A DNA stretch of 64,000 nt from Pseudomonadales bacterium (lineage in GTDB: Bacteria; Pseudomonadota; Gammaproteobacteria; Pseudomonadales; Azotimanducaceae): positions 256,416 to 320,415 of the forward strand of contig OY760134.1 in assembly GCA_963663145.1 (NCBI GenBank), written 5' to 3'. The notes under the pieces are model-generated. The model was not told the origin of the DNA and made no database searches. It worked only from the letters and a program-made list of their open reading frames with translations. Of the stretch, positions 25,251 to 36,015 are shown piece by piece. The first letter of the stretch is position 1, and every line of letters starts with the position of its first letter. A program made the position numbers and the translations under genes.

Positions 25251-27593
25251 TTACGCCCGCCTTTGTTCCGATGCTTCGTCACCTGTTCCATGAAAGGCTG
25301 ATACGGAACTCGGCAGGTGGCGGGGCATCATCCGTTCGAGGCCCAAGGCGCGGATCTGATTTTGCATGAACGCGCCGATGTCTTCGGCATTCGACATGCG
25401 CAGCACGCGCGCCAGAATCCGCCGTGCCTGCATCAGCGATATTTGTCGGAGCACCCACTTGATACGCGGAATATTGGCGGCGCTCATCGACAGCACGTCA
25501 TAGCCCATCGCGATCAGCAGTATCGCGCCGGGGGCCGTTCCAGCCATCTCTCCGCAGATGCCTATGGGCTTGGACTCTCGGTGTGCGGCGACGGCCACTT
25601 CGCGCAGCGCCCATATGACGGCCGGATGAAGTTCCTGATACAGATCCGCGACGCGAGAATTGTTGCGGTCCACCGCAAGCATGTACTGCGTCAGGTCGTT
25701 TGATCCCACCGCGAGAAAATCCACCCTCGACGCGATTTCCTTGGCCTGACAGACGGCTGCCGGCACCTCAATCATCACGCCAACTTGGGGCGACTTCACC
25801 TCGATGCCCTCTTCAAGGATCTCTTGATGAGCGCGTTCAATGAGCGCGTGGGCTTCTTCAACTTCGAGCAGGTTGGTGATCATGGGCAACATGATTCTCA
25901 AGGGACAGTCGAGACCGGCGTTGGCGGCGATCATGGCGCGCGCTTGGGCCATGAATATATCCGGGTGGTCGAGCGTCACGCGGATACCTCGCCAGCCCAG
26001 AAACGGATTGTCCTCGGAGATTGGAAAATAGTTGAGCGACTTGTCGCCGCCTATGTCCAAGGTTCGTATGGTGACCGGTCTCGGTTCGAAGGCTTCCATC
26101 TGCTCACGATAGATGACGCGCTGTTCCTCTTCGGTGGGGAAGGTGTTGCTGGTCATGAAGGGCACTTCGGTGCGAAACAGGCCGATACCCTCGGCCCCCA
26201 TGTCGAGGGAGCGTGTCAAATCGCTGGAGAGGCCTACATTCACCCAGAGTCGAATGCGCGCGCCGTCACGGGTCTCGCAGGGTTCGTCTTTGAGCGCGGT
26301 GAGTTCATGATTGAATTCGGCTTCCTCAAGGATCAATGACTCGAAGTACTCGGTCAGGTGTTTGGATGGATTGGCGAAGACTCGTCCGTAGTGACCATCG
26401 ACGATCAGCTCTTGACCTTCGAGGTCGAGAATCGGCAGATCGACAGCACCGACCACCGTGGGCACGTTGAGGGCCCTTGCGAGTATCGCCACATGCGAAT
26501 TGGCCGAGCCGCGCGCCGATACGATGCCTTTGAGGTGCTTCTCATCGATGCCGGCGACGATATCCGCAGTGATTTCTTCTCCGATGATGATGACACCGCC
26601 GCTCAAGTCCCGATGCTCGTGACTGATCTCAGTGAGACCATCGAGTAGCCGACGGCCTATGCTGCGCACGTCCGCAGCGCGCTCGCGCAGGTAGTCATCC
26701 TCAAAATTGGCAAAGGCGCGCGAGTGTTCCGAGACGACATCGAGCAGTGCGCCTTGAGCCCAATTCCCTTGCCGAATCTTGGCGCGAATTTCAAGCGGCA
26801 GGCTGTTGTCATCGAGCATGTGCTGATAGGCATCGAACACCGCCTGCTCGTCCTTGCCAACTCTGCCTTCAAGGCGTTCGGCGAGCGTCGCGATCTCCTC
26901 GCGGGCTTGGTTGAGCGCACGATCAAAGCGCGCTAATTCTTCGTCGATGTCGGTGACTTTCCTGCGAGTCACGGATTCAGGTTGTATCGGCGCTTGCACG
27001 ACAATCGCGCGCGCATGGGCGATGCCGGGAGCGCCGCGAACGCCCATGAATCGAGCATCGAGCGGAACCTGATTCATGGATGGCTGACGCACAAAGGGCA
27101 CACCGCTCATGGCATCCGCGTGCGCGATGATGCCGGCAAGCTGGGCGGCGAGGGTGACGAGAAAGGCCTCTTCTTGCTCGTTGAAGCGCAGCGCTTCCTG
27201 GCCTTGGACGACGAGCACGCCGTGTACGCGCCGCGCGCTGATAAGCGGCACGCCAAGAAACGAGGGGAAGTGCTCTTCGCCACTCTCTTCAATGAGCTTG
27301 AATCGCGGGTGCACCTTGGCGTTCTTCAGGTTAATCGGCTCAGCGCGCCCGGCGACGTAGGAGACCAGCCCTTCACCTTTCTTGAGAAAAGCCTTGCCCA
27401 CGAGATCAGCATTGAGTCCATGACTCGCGACCAACAGGTGTCGATTATTCTCGTCGTCACACAAATAGACGCTACAGACATCAACACCCATGGCCTCGTG
27501 GATTCGCTCGACAATGATTTCAAGCACACGCCCGGTTTCCGATTCGGAATGGACCTCTTGAATGATGGCTCGCAGAGAGTTCAGCATCTGCAA
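25251..27593 (-). CDS. ptsP: Phosphoenolpyruvate-protein phosphotransferase PtsP (EI-Ntr, GAF domain + EI)
   Basis: An N-terminal GAF domain is followed by full enzyme I (GGDTSHVAIL-type region: SARGSANSHVAILARAL; PEP-utiliser C-terminal LAVGSNDLTQY). It lies immediately downstream of rppH, as in E. coli and Pseudomonas. Confidence 0.92.
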   Translation of the reverse strand: MQMLNSLRAIIQEVHSESETGRVLEIIVERIHEAMGVDVCSVYLCDDENNRHLLVASHGLNADLVGKAFLKKGEGLVSYVAGRAEPINLKNAKVHPRFKLIEESGEEHFPSFLGVPLISARRVHGVLVVQGQEALRFNEQEEAFLVTLAAQLAGIIAHADAMSGVPFVRQPSMNQVPLDARFMGVRGAPGIAHARAIVVQAPIQPESVTRRKVTDIDEELARFDRALNQAREEIATLAERLEGRVGKDEQAVFDAYQHMLDDNSLPLEIRAKIRQGNWAQGALLDVVSEHSRAFANFEDDYLRERAADVRSIGRRLLDGLTEISHEHRDLSGGVIIIGEEITADIVAGIDEKHLKGIVSARGSANSHVAILARALNVPTVVGAVDLPILDLEGQELIVDGHYGRVFANPSKHLTEYFESLILEEAEFNHELTALKDEPCETRDGARIRLWVNVGLSSDLTRSLDMGAEGIGLFRTEVPFMTSNTFPTEEEQRVIYREQMEAFEPRPVTIRTLDIGGDKSLNYFPISEDNPFLGWRGIRVTLDHPDIFMAQARAMIAANAGLDCPLRIMLPMITNLLEVEEAHALIERAHQEILEEGIEVKSPQVGVMIEVPAAVCQAKEIASRVDFLAVGSNDLTQYMLAVDRNNSRVADLYQELHPAVIWALREVAVAAHRESKPIGICGEMAGTAPGAILLIAMGYDVLSMSAANIPRIKWVLRQISLMQARRILARVLRMSNAEDIGAFMQNQIRALGLERMMPRHLPSSVSAFHGTGDEASEQRRA

Positions 27594-28084
27594 TCCACTC
27601 TAAGCTGAGGTGCGAGCTCAATCATGGCGGCAGCATAGACCTGCCGCTTGAAGTCGATGATGCAACGCAATGGATACCAGTAGCTGACCCACCGCCACTG
27701 ATCGAATTCGGGTGATTGCTCCCGATCCAGGCGAATTTCTTGTGCCTCTCCGAGAAAGCGCAACAGATACCACTTTTGACGTTGTCCGACGAAAGTTTGT
27801 GGACTGGAGTGACGACGAAAACGCTCCGGGACACGATACTTGAGCCAGCGCTTGGTGCTGGCGATCACTTGTACGGCATTCCGGTCGAGGCCAATCTCCT
27901 CGTGGAGTTCACGATAGAGCGCATCTTGTGGCGATTCGCCGCGCGCAACGCCACCCTGAGGAAACTGCCACGCCTCAGACCCCGCACGGCGAGCCAACAA
28001 GACTCTGCCCTGGGCGTTCGCCAAGATGAACGCGACATTTGGCCGATAACGATTTGCGTCCCGCACACCACGCAAAACATGCAA
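27581..28084 (-). CDS. rppH: RNA pyrophosphohydrolase (Nudix)
   Basis: YRPNVAFILANAQGRVLLARR and the Nudix box GGVARGESPQDALYRELHEEIGL fit RppH. The gene overlaps the ptsP start. Confidence 0.9.
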   Translation of the reverse strand: MHVLRGVRDANRYRPNVAFILANAQGRVLLARRAGSEAWQFPQGGVARGESPQDALYRELHEEIGLDRNAVQVIASTKRWLKYRVPERFRRHSSPQTFVGQRQKWYLLRFLGEAQEIRLDREQSPEFDQWRWVSYWYPLRCIIDFKRQVYAAAMIELAPQLRVDCRC

Positions 28085-28132
28085 AGGGAGGCGATTGTTT
28101 CACAACTACGCCGCTCGCGCACAATGCGCTCC

Positions 28133-29401
28133 TTAGCGTTCGTCGATCTTGCGTACTTCCGGCAGCAAGAGCGCGAGCATCAAATGCGCGATCAACAATA
28201 ATCCGCCGCCGACAGCGAGTGCCAAGGGAACGCCCGCCATCTCCGCCAACCATCCGAGTGGCAAAATGCCGACCGGTGCGAGTCCGTGCAGCATCATGTC
28301 AATGCTCATGACTCGGCCACGCATCTCGTCATCCACTTTGAGTTGAATCATGCCTCGGGACAGCGACATGTTGAAGGCGCTGACTCCACCGACGAGGGTT
28401 GCCCAGAAGATGGCAATGAGAAACGCGTCGGACTGGGAAAAAGACAAGATCAATATTCCCCAGAGTGCGCCACTTGCGATTAGCCAGTAGCCCTTGCGGC
28501 TGATTGCCGCGTTGCCGGAGAGCAGCAGCGAGCCGAGGATCGCGCCGATACCTATGGCGGTCATGATGAGCCCCAATTCGGTTGGTCCGCCACCGAGCAC
28601 CCGTTCGTTCATAGAAGGCATGAGGGTGTGGAAGGGCACGGCGAATATGAAGGGCATCACCGTAAATAGAACCAACCCCCAAATAACTCGATTCGCAAAC
28701 AGATACTGAAGCCCGGCTTTCAGGTCATCAAAGGGTGATGCCCGTTGTTCCGACTGAGCGGCCGTGTGGGGATTGCGCCCAGGATCGTCGATCCGCAGCG
28801 TGGAGATGGCGGCAAAGGCGTACAGCCCAGTGATCAGGCAATAGACAACACCGACACCTTGGGCAACGCCTTCCAAACCCTTGGTGACGAGGGCGATCAG
28901 AACCCCCGCGACTGCCGGCCCGAGTACGCGGGTGAGGTTCCAGACCGCGTTATTGAGCGCAACGGCATTGACCGCGCGATCAGTCCCGACGATTTCAACC
29001 GCAAATGCTCCGCGAGCCGGCATGAGGATAGAGAGCATCGAACCATTGACGAATCCGAGCCATATAAAATCCCAGAAGTCGGCACTGCCCGTCAGTATGA
29101 GCATTGCCATGAAGCCTGTGGCGATGGTGTTCATCACTTGCGCCACGAAAATGATTGGTCGCTTCGAAATGCGGTCGGCGAGCACCCCACCCCAGAGTGC
29201 GAACAGCAATTGAGGCAGCGAGAAGGAGATCATCACCCAAGCAAGATCGAGTTCGGAGCCGGTGAGATCGAACACATACAGGCCGCGGGCGAGAATCTGC
29301 ATATTCATCGCCATGGAAGTACAGAGGAGCCCCAGCCACAGCAATCGGTAGTTGCGCATGCCAAGCACCCCGAAGGTGCGGCGGGGTAGGGCGAGCCGCA
29401 T
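28133..29401 (-). CDS. MFS transporter
   Basis: The 422-aa protein has ~12 predicted TM segments. It has an MFS-like loop 2-3 motif (GGVLADRISKRP). Confidence 0.85.
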   Translation of the reverse strand: MRLALPRRTFGVLGMRNYRLLWLGLLCTSMAMNMQILARGLYVFDLTGSELDLAWVMISFSLPQLLFALWGGVLADRISKRPIIFVAQVMNTIATGFMAMLILTGSADFWDFIWLGFVNGSMLSILMPARGAFAVEIVGTDRAVNAVALNNAVWNLTRVLGPAVAGVLIALVTKGLEGVAQGVGVVYCLITGLYAFAAISTLRIDDPGRNPHTAAQSEQRASPFDDLKAGLQYLFANRVIWGLVLFTVMPFIFAVPFHTLMPSMNERVLGGGPTELGLIMTAIGIGAILGSLLLSGNAAISRKGYWLIASGALWGILILSFSQSDAFLIAIFWATLVGGVSAFNMSLSRGMIQLKVDDEMRGRVMSIDMMLHGLAPVGILPLGWLAEMAGVPLALAVGGGLLLIAHLMLALLLPEVRKIDER

Positions 29402-29434
29402 CAGTCTATCAAGGCTCGAACTGAACGTTCCGAA

Positions 29435-30247
29435 TCAGGCGTTTCGGATCGTCAAGCCCCCGTCTACCGGCAGCGCCACGCCGGTGATAAAGGACGATGC
29501 CGGTAGTGCAAGGCTGAGAGTGCCGTGCGCCACTTCTTCGGGTTCGGCATAGCGCTTGAGGGCCACGCGCCGCCTTGCGAACTCGTTTTTTTGCTCGGCC
29601 GGAATGTCTTGGGTGAGGCCGGTATGTATCGGGCCCGGGCATATGCAGTTCACAGTGATTCCTTCGCACCCAAGTTCCACCGCCAGCGAACGTGTCAAGC
29701 CGATCACGGCATGCTTGGCGGCCGTGTAGGGACTGCCATGCTTTGTAGCGCCAAGACCTTCGGTTGAAGCGATATTGACAATGCGAGCGGCATCGGACTG
29801 TCGCAGCCATGGCAGTGCGGCGCGTATGAGTCGATGATGGGCGGTGATCAGCACGTCGAGGCTTCGCTGCCAGGCTTCTTCGTAATGGTCGCTGTCGATG
29901 GGCGCCGGTATGGATATTCCGGCGTTGTTCACCAGTATGTCGATGCGACCATAGGCTTCGGCGAATCCCTGCACCCCTTGTTGCACCGCATCGCGGTCGG
30001 AGACGTCAAGCGCGGCTGCCTTGACTGTCCCGCCCGAGTTTCGAATGGTCTCGGCCACATGTTCCAATGGCTCCGCATTCAGATCGATGAGCGCCAGCCG
30101 AGCCCCTTCGTCCGCGAACAGGTAGGCCGTTGCCTCGCCCATGCCGCTTGCGGCACCGGTAATGATGGCCACGCGGCCGGAGATGCTCCTATTGAGCTTG
30201 CTGAGACGTGCCAATTCTTGAATCCTGCGAATGTCAAACCATGACAC
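29435..30247 (-). CDS. SDR-family oxidoreductase
   Basis: It carries the TGxxxGxG cofactor motif (VAIITGAASGMGEA), NNAG, and a YxxxK active site (SPYTAAKHAV). Confidence 0.88.
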   Translation of the reverse strand: MSWFDIRRIQELARLSKLNRSISGRVAIITGAASGMGEATAYLFADEGARLALIDLNAEPLEHVAETIRNSGGTVKAAALDVSDRDAVQQGVQGFAEAYGRIDILVNNAGISIPAPIDSDHYEEAWQRSLDVLITAHHRLIRAALPWLRQSDAARIVNIASTEGLGATKHGSPYTAAKHAVIGLTRSLAVELGCEGITVNCICPGPIHTGLTQDIPAEQKNEFARRRVALKRYAEPEEVAHGTLSLALPASSFITGVALPVDGGLTIRNA

Positions 30248-30261
30248 GAATTCTAAAGCGG

Positions 30262-30337
30262 TGGTGGGTCGTCTGGGGCTCGAACCCAGGGCCCACGGGT
30301 TAAAAGCCCGTTGCTCTACCGACTGAGCTAACGACCC
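30262..30337 (-). tRNA. tRNA-Lys (anticodon UUU), CCA encoded
   Basis: Hand-folded cloverleaf: acceptor GGGTCGT/ACGACCC, D stem GCTC/GAGC, anticodon stem ACGGG/CCCGT with loop CTTTTAA, T stem CTGGG/CCCAG with loop TTCGAGC. Total 76 nt. Confidence 0.95.
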
Positions 30338-30388
30338 GCTCAGATAAGCCGTATATTTTAGCCTTGTTAGGGGATTCTGCCGCGATTG

Positions 30389-31240
30389 TTAGGATCTTTG
30401 GCGCAGATATTCTCGCGAGAGGCTGGCAGCCGTGCTGTTGGGATGCTCGGTCAATATTCGGCGCAGGTGCTGCTCCGCCGTTTCTCGGTCACCAAGGCGG
30501 TCGTAGACGATGCCGAGCTTGTAGAGCGCGTCCGGGACCTTGGCGCTATCCGGAAATAGCGTCAGGACCTGCACGAAGGACTGCCGGGATTTTTCCAGAT
30601 CTTCGAGTCGAAGGTGGAGTTCGCCGAGCCAGTAAAAGGCATTGGGCGTGTATGTTCCGTTTGGGTGGGCGATCAAGAATTGATCTAACGTCGTCACGGC
30701 TTGCTCAAACTGGCGACCTTCGATCAGGGCAAAGGCTTGCCGATAGGCGTCTTCCTCGCTCATGGGTTGGATGATTGCCAACGTCTCGGAGCTGACCGTT
30801 TGGCCGGTTCCGTTGGCCGGCTGATCCGCAGTGAGGTCTTGTTCGGATGCGTCGGTAGGCGCTGGGAGTCCTTGAAGGCGACGGTCGACATCCATGTACT
30901 GCGCTGATTGTTGTCGAGAAAGTTCGTCAAGCCGGTGTCCGAGTTCCTCCAACTCTCCGCGCAGCTTCATGACCTCATTTTGCAGTAACTGAAGCTCATA
31001 GAAGAGCGTGGACAGATTGTTGGAAGACTGGGGCGTTGCGGTCCGCGTCGGTTCCGCGGGCGCGACGGAAGCGCTGCGCTCAATGATGTCGACAGGAGAC
31101 TGTGATCCTTCTTGCGCTTCTTGCGGCAGAGCCGCCAGCGGCAGTACCAGCCCAATCAGACCGGCGACACAGAGAGCTCCGAGTAACCCACGCTGACCAG
31201 CGCGACACTTCCCGGTCGACCTCAAACGCGCCACTTGCAT
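30389..31240 (-). CDS. cpoB: Tol-Pal system protein CpoB/YbgF (TPR)
   Basis: It has a signal peptide, a coiled-coil region (LQLLQNEVMKLRGELEEL), and C-terminal TPR repeats (AFYWLGELHL, ALYKLGIVYDRLGD). ATG 31240 is used because the track start 31363 overlaps pal. Confidence 0.85.
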   Translation of the reverse strand: MQVARLRSTGKCRAGQRGLLGALCVAGLIGLVLPLAALPQEAQEGSQSPVDIIERSASVAPAEPTRTATPQSSNNLSTLFYELQLLQNEVMKLRGELEELGHRLDELSRQQSAQYMDVDRRLQGLPAPTDASEQDLTADQPANGTGQTVSSETLAIIQPMSEEDAYRQAFALIEGRQFEQAVTTLDQFLIAHPNGTYTPNAFYWLGELHLRLEDLEKSRQSFVQVLTLFPDSAKVPDALYKLGIVYDRLGDRETAEQHLRRILTEHPNSTAASLSREYLRQRS

Positions 31241-31265
31241 TTGTCCGCGCGATTGGCAGGCAAAT

Positions 31266-31835
31266 TTACCGATAGACGATTTCGACCCGCCTGTTTTGCG
31301 CCCAAGCCGCCTCACTGCTTGCCGGATTTGCCGGACGTTCCTCACCGTAGCTGACGGTCTCAATCTGCGATGCTCCAGCTCCAGACGAGATTAGAAATCG
31401 CGAAACAGCGGTGGCGCGACGCTCGCCGAGCGCGAGATTGTAATCGCGAGTCCCGCGTTCATCGCAGTGACCCTCAAGGGCCGCATTGATGCCGCGATTT
31501 TCTTGCATGAAGATCGAGTGAAGATTCAACACTTCGAAGTCCTTGCGGCCGATGATGGCTTCATCGTAATCAAAATAGAAAACGCGGGACAGTGGCGCTC
31601 CGGTTTGCGGGTCGAGAGGATTGCCGCTTTCGTCCACCTCAATCTTGGCGGGCTCGGGTTCGGGCTCAGGAGGCGGCGGTTCCGCAGGCTGCGGCTCAGG
31701 CTCCACCGGGCTTGGCGGTTGGCTAGGAGGCGGAGAGGCACACCCTGTCAAGGCGAGAGAGAACAGGAGAAAAATCAGGGCCCCAGAGAAAATCTTTCGT
31801 TCCACTGCACGATCCGAGTTGAGGACATCATGCAT
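31266..31835 (-). CDS. pal: Peptidoglycan-associated lipoprotein Pal (OmpA-like)
   Basis: It has the lipobox LALTGC, a Pro-rich linker, and an OmpA-like domain (VFYFDYDEAII, LEGHCDERGTRDYNLALGERRA). Confidence 0.9.
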   Translation of the reverse strand: MHDVLNSDRAVERKIFSGALIFLLFSLALTGCASPPPSQPPSPVEPEPQPAEPPPPEPEPEPAKIEVDESGNPLDPQTGAPLSRVFYFDYDEAIIGRKDFEVLNLHSIFMQENRGINAALEGHCDERGTRDYNLALGERRATAVSRFLISSGAGASQIETVSYGEERPANPASSEAAWAQNRRVEIVYR

Positions 31836-31908
31836 GATAGGCGATTTTCTTGATGAGATAAAGGATTAGAGTTGCTTTCCTTGCGTTTCGAAGCCGCCGA
31901 CGTGGCGC

Positions 31909-33432
31909 ATGCGGCGAAAAACTGCGGGCTACAATGCCGTGTCCGCAGATAAGGGCGGCCTGTTGGCCGAAGCAGTCTTGATTATTCTCAGCATCCTTAT
32001 TTTCTATAGTATCGCCCTGCTCGGGATAGGTGCATGGGCCAAGTCGCGGAATCGATCCGAAAAGGACTTCTTCGTAGGCGGCAGGCAACTTGGGCCTTGG
32101 GTTGCCGGGCTTTCCTACGCGGCGAGCACATCATCCGCGTGGGCGCTGTTGGGGTTCACTGGATTCGTGTACGCGCTTGGGCTGTCGGCCTTGTGGATCG
32201 TCCCTGGTATCTGGATTGGATACGCCGTGGTGTGGTTGGTGATGGGCCCGAGGCTGCATGCCGAGTCGCACCAACAGGATTACGTCACACCCACCGACTT
32301 TGTGCTCGGTAAGGGTGGCGGGGCGGCCCGAAACCGCACCGCGATTCTGGCTTCGACCTTGATTTCGATTTGTTTTATCTTTTACATCGCCGCGCAATTT
32401 GACGCGGCGGGAAAGGCGTTTATCGAGCATTTTCCGATCGATCTCGCGCAGGCGGTGGTGATTGGCGCCGCGATCATTCTCGTCTACTCCTTTATTGGCG
32501 GGTTCTGGGCGGTGAGTGTCACCGATACGGTGCAGGCCATCGTCATGCTCGTCGTCGCTCTGATGGTCGGTTGCATGGCTGTCATTGAACTCGGCGGCGT
32601 GGGCGACATGATCGACACCCTCAGAGAGATCGCGCCTGCGGGGTACTTGCGCATCAGCGGAGAATACGCCGGCCTCATCCTGTTCGGGTTCATCGCCGGC
32701 ACGCTCGGCATCACCCTGGGCGCGTTTGGGCAACCGCAATTGCTTGTGCGGCTCATGGCCGTTAGGGATGAACGTTCGCGCCGACAGGGTTTTTTCATCG
32801 TGCTCACTTGGGGCGTGCTCATCTATATTGGATTGTCGTTTCTTGGATTGGCCGGACGCGCGCTCTTTCCGGCCATGCCGGATGGCGAAGCCTTGCTCTA
32901 CACGGCTGCCGATCAACTCTTGCCCACCCTGCTCGCTGGCATCGCCGTCGCCGCGACCCTCTCCGCAGTCATGTCCACCGCGGACTCGATCCTCCTTTCC
33001 GCTTCCGCCGCCCTCGCCCACGACACCGGGCTCAATCGGCGCTTTCCGGGTCGGGAATTGCTGGCTTCGCGTCTTTCGGTCTTGGCGATCACCGTGCTGG
33101 CCGTAGTCTTGACCCTCATGTTGCCGGACACCATCTTCAACCGGGTGCTCTTCGCTTGGTCCGCGCTGGGTGCCGCCTTCGGGCCGATCATGTTTTTCCG
33201 GGTGTTCGGAGGGCAGGTTTCCATGGGTGCCGCGGCACTGACCATGTTGCTTGGTTTCGGCTTTACGCTGCTGTTCTATTCAGCGGGTACGGTGGCTGGA
33301 CCGAGCGACAACCTCATCGTCCAGCTCGCCAAACTCCCCGGCGACCCATTTGAACGATTATTCCCTTGGCTCCCCGGCCTCGCAGTCTTGTTCGCTTCTC
33401 GGATGATCAATCGGCGCGTTGCGGAGCGTTGA
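31909..33432 (+). CDS. Sodium:solute symporter (SSS) family transporter
   Basis: KDFFVGGRQLGPWVAGLSYAASTSSAWALLGFTGFVY and ~13 TM segments fit the SSS family. Substrate is not inferable, and the exact start is uncertain. Confidence 0.85.
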   Translation: MRRKTAGYNAVSADKGGLLAEAVLIILSILIFYSIALLGIGAWAKSRNRSEKDFFVGGRQLGPWVAGLSYAASTSSAWALLGFTGFVYALGLSALWIVPGIWIGYAVVWLVMGPRLHAESHQQDYVTPTDFVLGKGGGAARNRTAILASTLISICFIFYIAAQFDAAGKAFIEHFPIDLAQAVVIGAAIILVYSFIGGFWAVSVTDTVQAIVMLVVALMVGCMAVIELGGVGDMIDTLREIAPAGYLRISGEYAGLILFGFIAGTLGITLGAFGQPQLLVRLMAVRDERSRRQGFFIVLTWGVLIYIGLSFLGLAGRALFPAMPDGEALLYTAADQLLPTLLAGIAVAATLSAVMSTADSILLSASAALAHDTGLNRRFPGRELLASRLSVLAITVLAVVLTLMLPDTIFNRVLFAWSALGAAFGPIMFFRVFGGQVSMGAAALTMLLGFGFTLLFYSAGTVAGPSDNLIVQLAKLPGDPFERLFPWLPGLAVLFASRMINRRVAER

Positions 33433-33466
33433 CTCGAAGCGCCTAGATCGAAGAAGGGTGTGCGCG

Positions 33467-34816
33467 CTATTCGTCCAGCCGCAAGGATCGCACCACCGGA
33501 TCCAGCATTGGCGACCAGGCGGGTTCTCTTACGTCGCCTATGTTCGAGGGTAATCGGTACTTGACGGCGCCGTCGACGGATACGACGGCGAGGATGCCTT
33601 GGTTGCCTTGTTTGGTGGCGTAGATGAGCATGGATGCATTGGGCGCGATGGAGGGGGACTCATCGAGCGCGGTCTCGGTGAGTACCCTGATGTGGTCTCG
33701 GGTGATGTCCTGAATCGCAAGATGGTATCGGTTCTCGCGCCGATGTATGAAGGCGATGTGATCGCCTGTTGGCATGATACGAGGGTTGGCGTTCCAGTCG
33801 CCCACGAAGGTCAGTCGATCGGTGAGTCCGGTCGCGAGGTCGTAGCGATAGATTTGTGGTTTGCCGCCTCGATCAGACGTGAACACCACTCCGGATCCAT
33901 CAGCCATCCAATCGGGTTCGGTATCTATCGCCGGATGGCGCGTAAGGCGGAGCAGCGCGGCATCGCTCTCCGGTGCGGAGAGATCCATGGTGTAGATCTC
34001 GGGATTGCCGTCGCGCGAGATGACCAACGCGAGCCGCCGCCCATCGGGGGAAAAGACCGGCGAAGAGTTGATTCCCTGAAAGTAGGCCAACCGCCGCCGT
34101 GCGCCTGTATCGAGAAATTGTTGATAGACCCCCGTTCTGCCGCCCTCGAACCAGACGAACACGATGGAGGAGGCATCGGGAGAGAAGGCAGGCGAGAGGA
34201 TCGGCTCGTTTGATTCCAGCAGGGTCACCGGGCGCATCCCATCGGCGTCCGCCATCTCCAGTCTGTAGCTGACATCTTGCGTGCCCGCATCCTGCACCAA
34301 AACGTACATCAGCTTCGTCGAGAACGCCCCCTCAATCCCGGTGACCGCCTCATAGATGGAGTCTGAAATCTGGTGTGCTATGTCTCTCTGCGCAGTTCGC
34401 GCCCCGGTGACCGTGCCATGCCAAAGCACGCGCTCGCCCAGCACATCAAAAAGCCGCCAGTTCGCCTGTAGTTCACCAGACGGCATCAAGTCAAGCCCGC
34501 CGATCACCAGATAATCAACACCCGATATGCGCCAATCGCGGAAGAAGACTTCTTCCGGCGTCCGAGGCAGGCTGAGCATGTCGGTGACCGGCAGCGGCGA
34601 AAATTGCCCGCTGCGGGCAAGATCGCGGCTGACGATGTCCGAGATGCGCTCGCGGGTTGAGACCTCCTCGGGTTCAGCGAAGGGGACGATGGCAATACGT
34701 AGCGGATTGTCTCGCCCACGGTCGATCTCGATGGCGATCTGGGCATGGATAAGCGGCGCTGTGATCAGCGCTATCAAGCAAATAAACGTGTAACCAAGGC
34801 GTTTCAAGGCAATCAT
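33467..34816 (-). CDS. tolB: Tol-Pal system beta-propeller protein TolB
   Basis: It has a signal peptide, a TolB N-terminal domain, and repeated PD40-type blades (SPAFSPDASSIVF, SPVFSPDGRRLAL, EPDWMADGSGVVF, NPRIMPTGDHIAF, SPSIAPNASMLIY). Confidence 0.93.
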   Translation of the reverse strand: MIALKRLGYTFICLIALITAPLIHAQIAIEIDRGRDNPLRIAIVPFAEPEEVSTRERISDIVSRDLARSGQFSPLPVTDMLSLPRTPEEVFFRDWRISGVDYLVIGGLDLMPSGELQANWRLFDVLGERVLWHGTVTGARTAQRDIAHQISDSIYEAVTGIEGAFSTKLMYVLVQDAGTQDVSYRLEMADADGMRPVTLLESNEPILSPAFSPDASSIVFVWFEGGRTGVYQQFLDTGARRRLAYFQGINSSPVFSPDGRRLALVISRDGNPEIYTMDLSAPESDAALLRLTRHPAIDTEPDWMADGSGVVFTSDRGGKPQIYRYDLATGLTDRLTFVGDWNANPRIMPTGDHIAFIHRRENRYHLAIQDITRDHIRVLTETALDESPSIAPNASMLIYATKQGNQGILAVVSVDGAVKYRLPSNIGDVREPAWSPMLDPVVRSLRLDE

Positions 34817-35499
34817 CGCAATAGATCCTGTGGACTAAATATAACCGGAAGCGCGCGAAAATAGGTTTCAAAGACTTGGCTGTCTGGCGGGACTTCGAAG
34901 CGTCCTGCGCGCCTAACCGCCTGTTCGGCAGATTGATCGAAGGCCAGATCGCCGCTGCTTCGCACCAGTGTCACATTGGCCACGTCGCCGGTCGGGACAA
35001 GGTGCACTAAGAGGTCCGTGCGCATGCCGTTTCTTGCCGACACGGGCCGAGACCAGTTATCTACAATGCGCTGATAGATGCCCATGTGGTATGACATGGC
35101 GATGTCCTCAAGCTCCGAAGCGGCAAGCTCCGCCGATTCTTGGGAGACCGCCAGATCGAGCGCATCGTCAAGCAGTTGATCGTCATCAAAGGCGGGTTCG
35201 GGTGGCGGCGGCTCCGGTTCTGGCTCCGGTTCAGGAGGTGGCGGCGGTTCTTCCTTCGCTTCGGGTTCTCGCGGCAGGGGCTTGGCTTCCGCCGGTTTGG
35301 GAGCGGGTTTGGGTTTTGGCGGTTCGGGTTTCGGCCTTGCCTCCATGACGATGAGTTCGGCGGTGATGATCATGGGTTCTTCGAACTGAAACTCATGATT
35401 TTCCTGGCCCGCCGCCCAGAGAAACGTCAATGCGGCGAGCGCATGGAAAATCAGCGCAAGCGCGGCAGGGACAATGCGATTGAGAAAGTGACCGGCCAT
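34813..35499 (-). CDS. tolA: Tol-Pal system protein TolA
   Basis: It has an N-terminal TM anchor, a Pro/Glu/Lys-rich spacer (KPEPPKPKPAPKPAEAKP), and a C-terminal TolA/TonB-like domain. The 4-nt overlap with tolB is typical. Confidence 0.8.
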   Translation of the reverse strand: MAGHFLNRIVPAALALIFHALAALTFLWAAGQENHEFQFEEPMIITAELIVMEARPKPEPPKPKPAPKPAEAKPLPREPEAKEEPPPPPEPEPEPEPPPPEPAFDDDQLLDDALDLAVSQESAELAASELEDIAMSYHMGIYQRIVDNWSRPVSARNGMRTDLLVHLVPTGDVANVTLVRSSGDLAFDQSAEQAVRRAGRFEVPPDSQVFETYFRALPVIFSPQDLLR

Positions 35500-35541
35500 G
35501 CTTCTTATACGACCAAACGCCGCAAGTCTCTGCGGCGCGAA

Positions 35542-36015
<474 letters not shown>

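Noticed and set aside
28745-29389. 214-aa plus-strand ORF inside the MFS transporter gene, and the similar 32131..33021 opposite the SSS gene, 33599..34213 opposite tolB and 43278..44093 opposite DUF3604
   Set aside because: All are shadow ORFs antisense to genes with clear family signatures.
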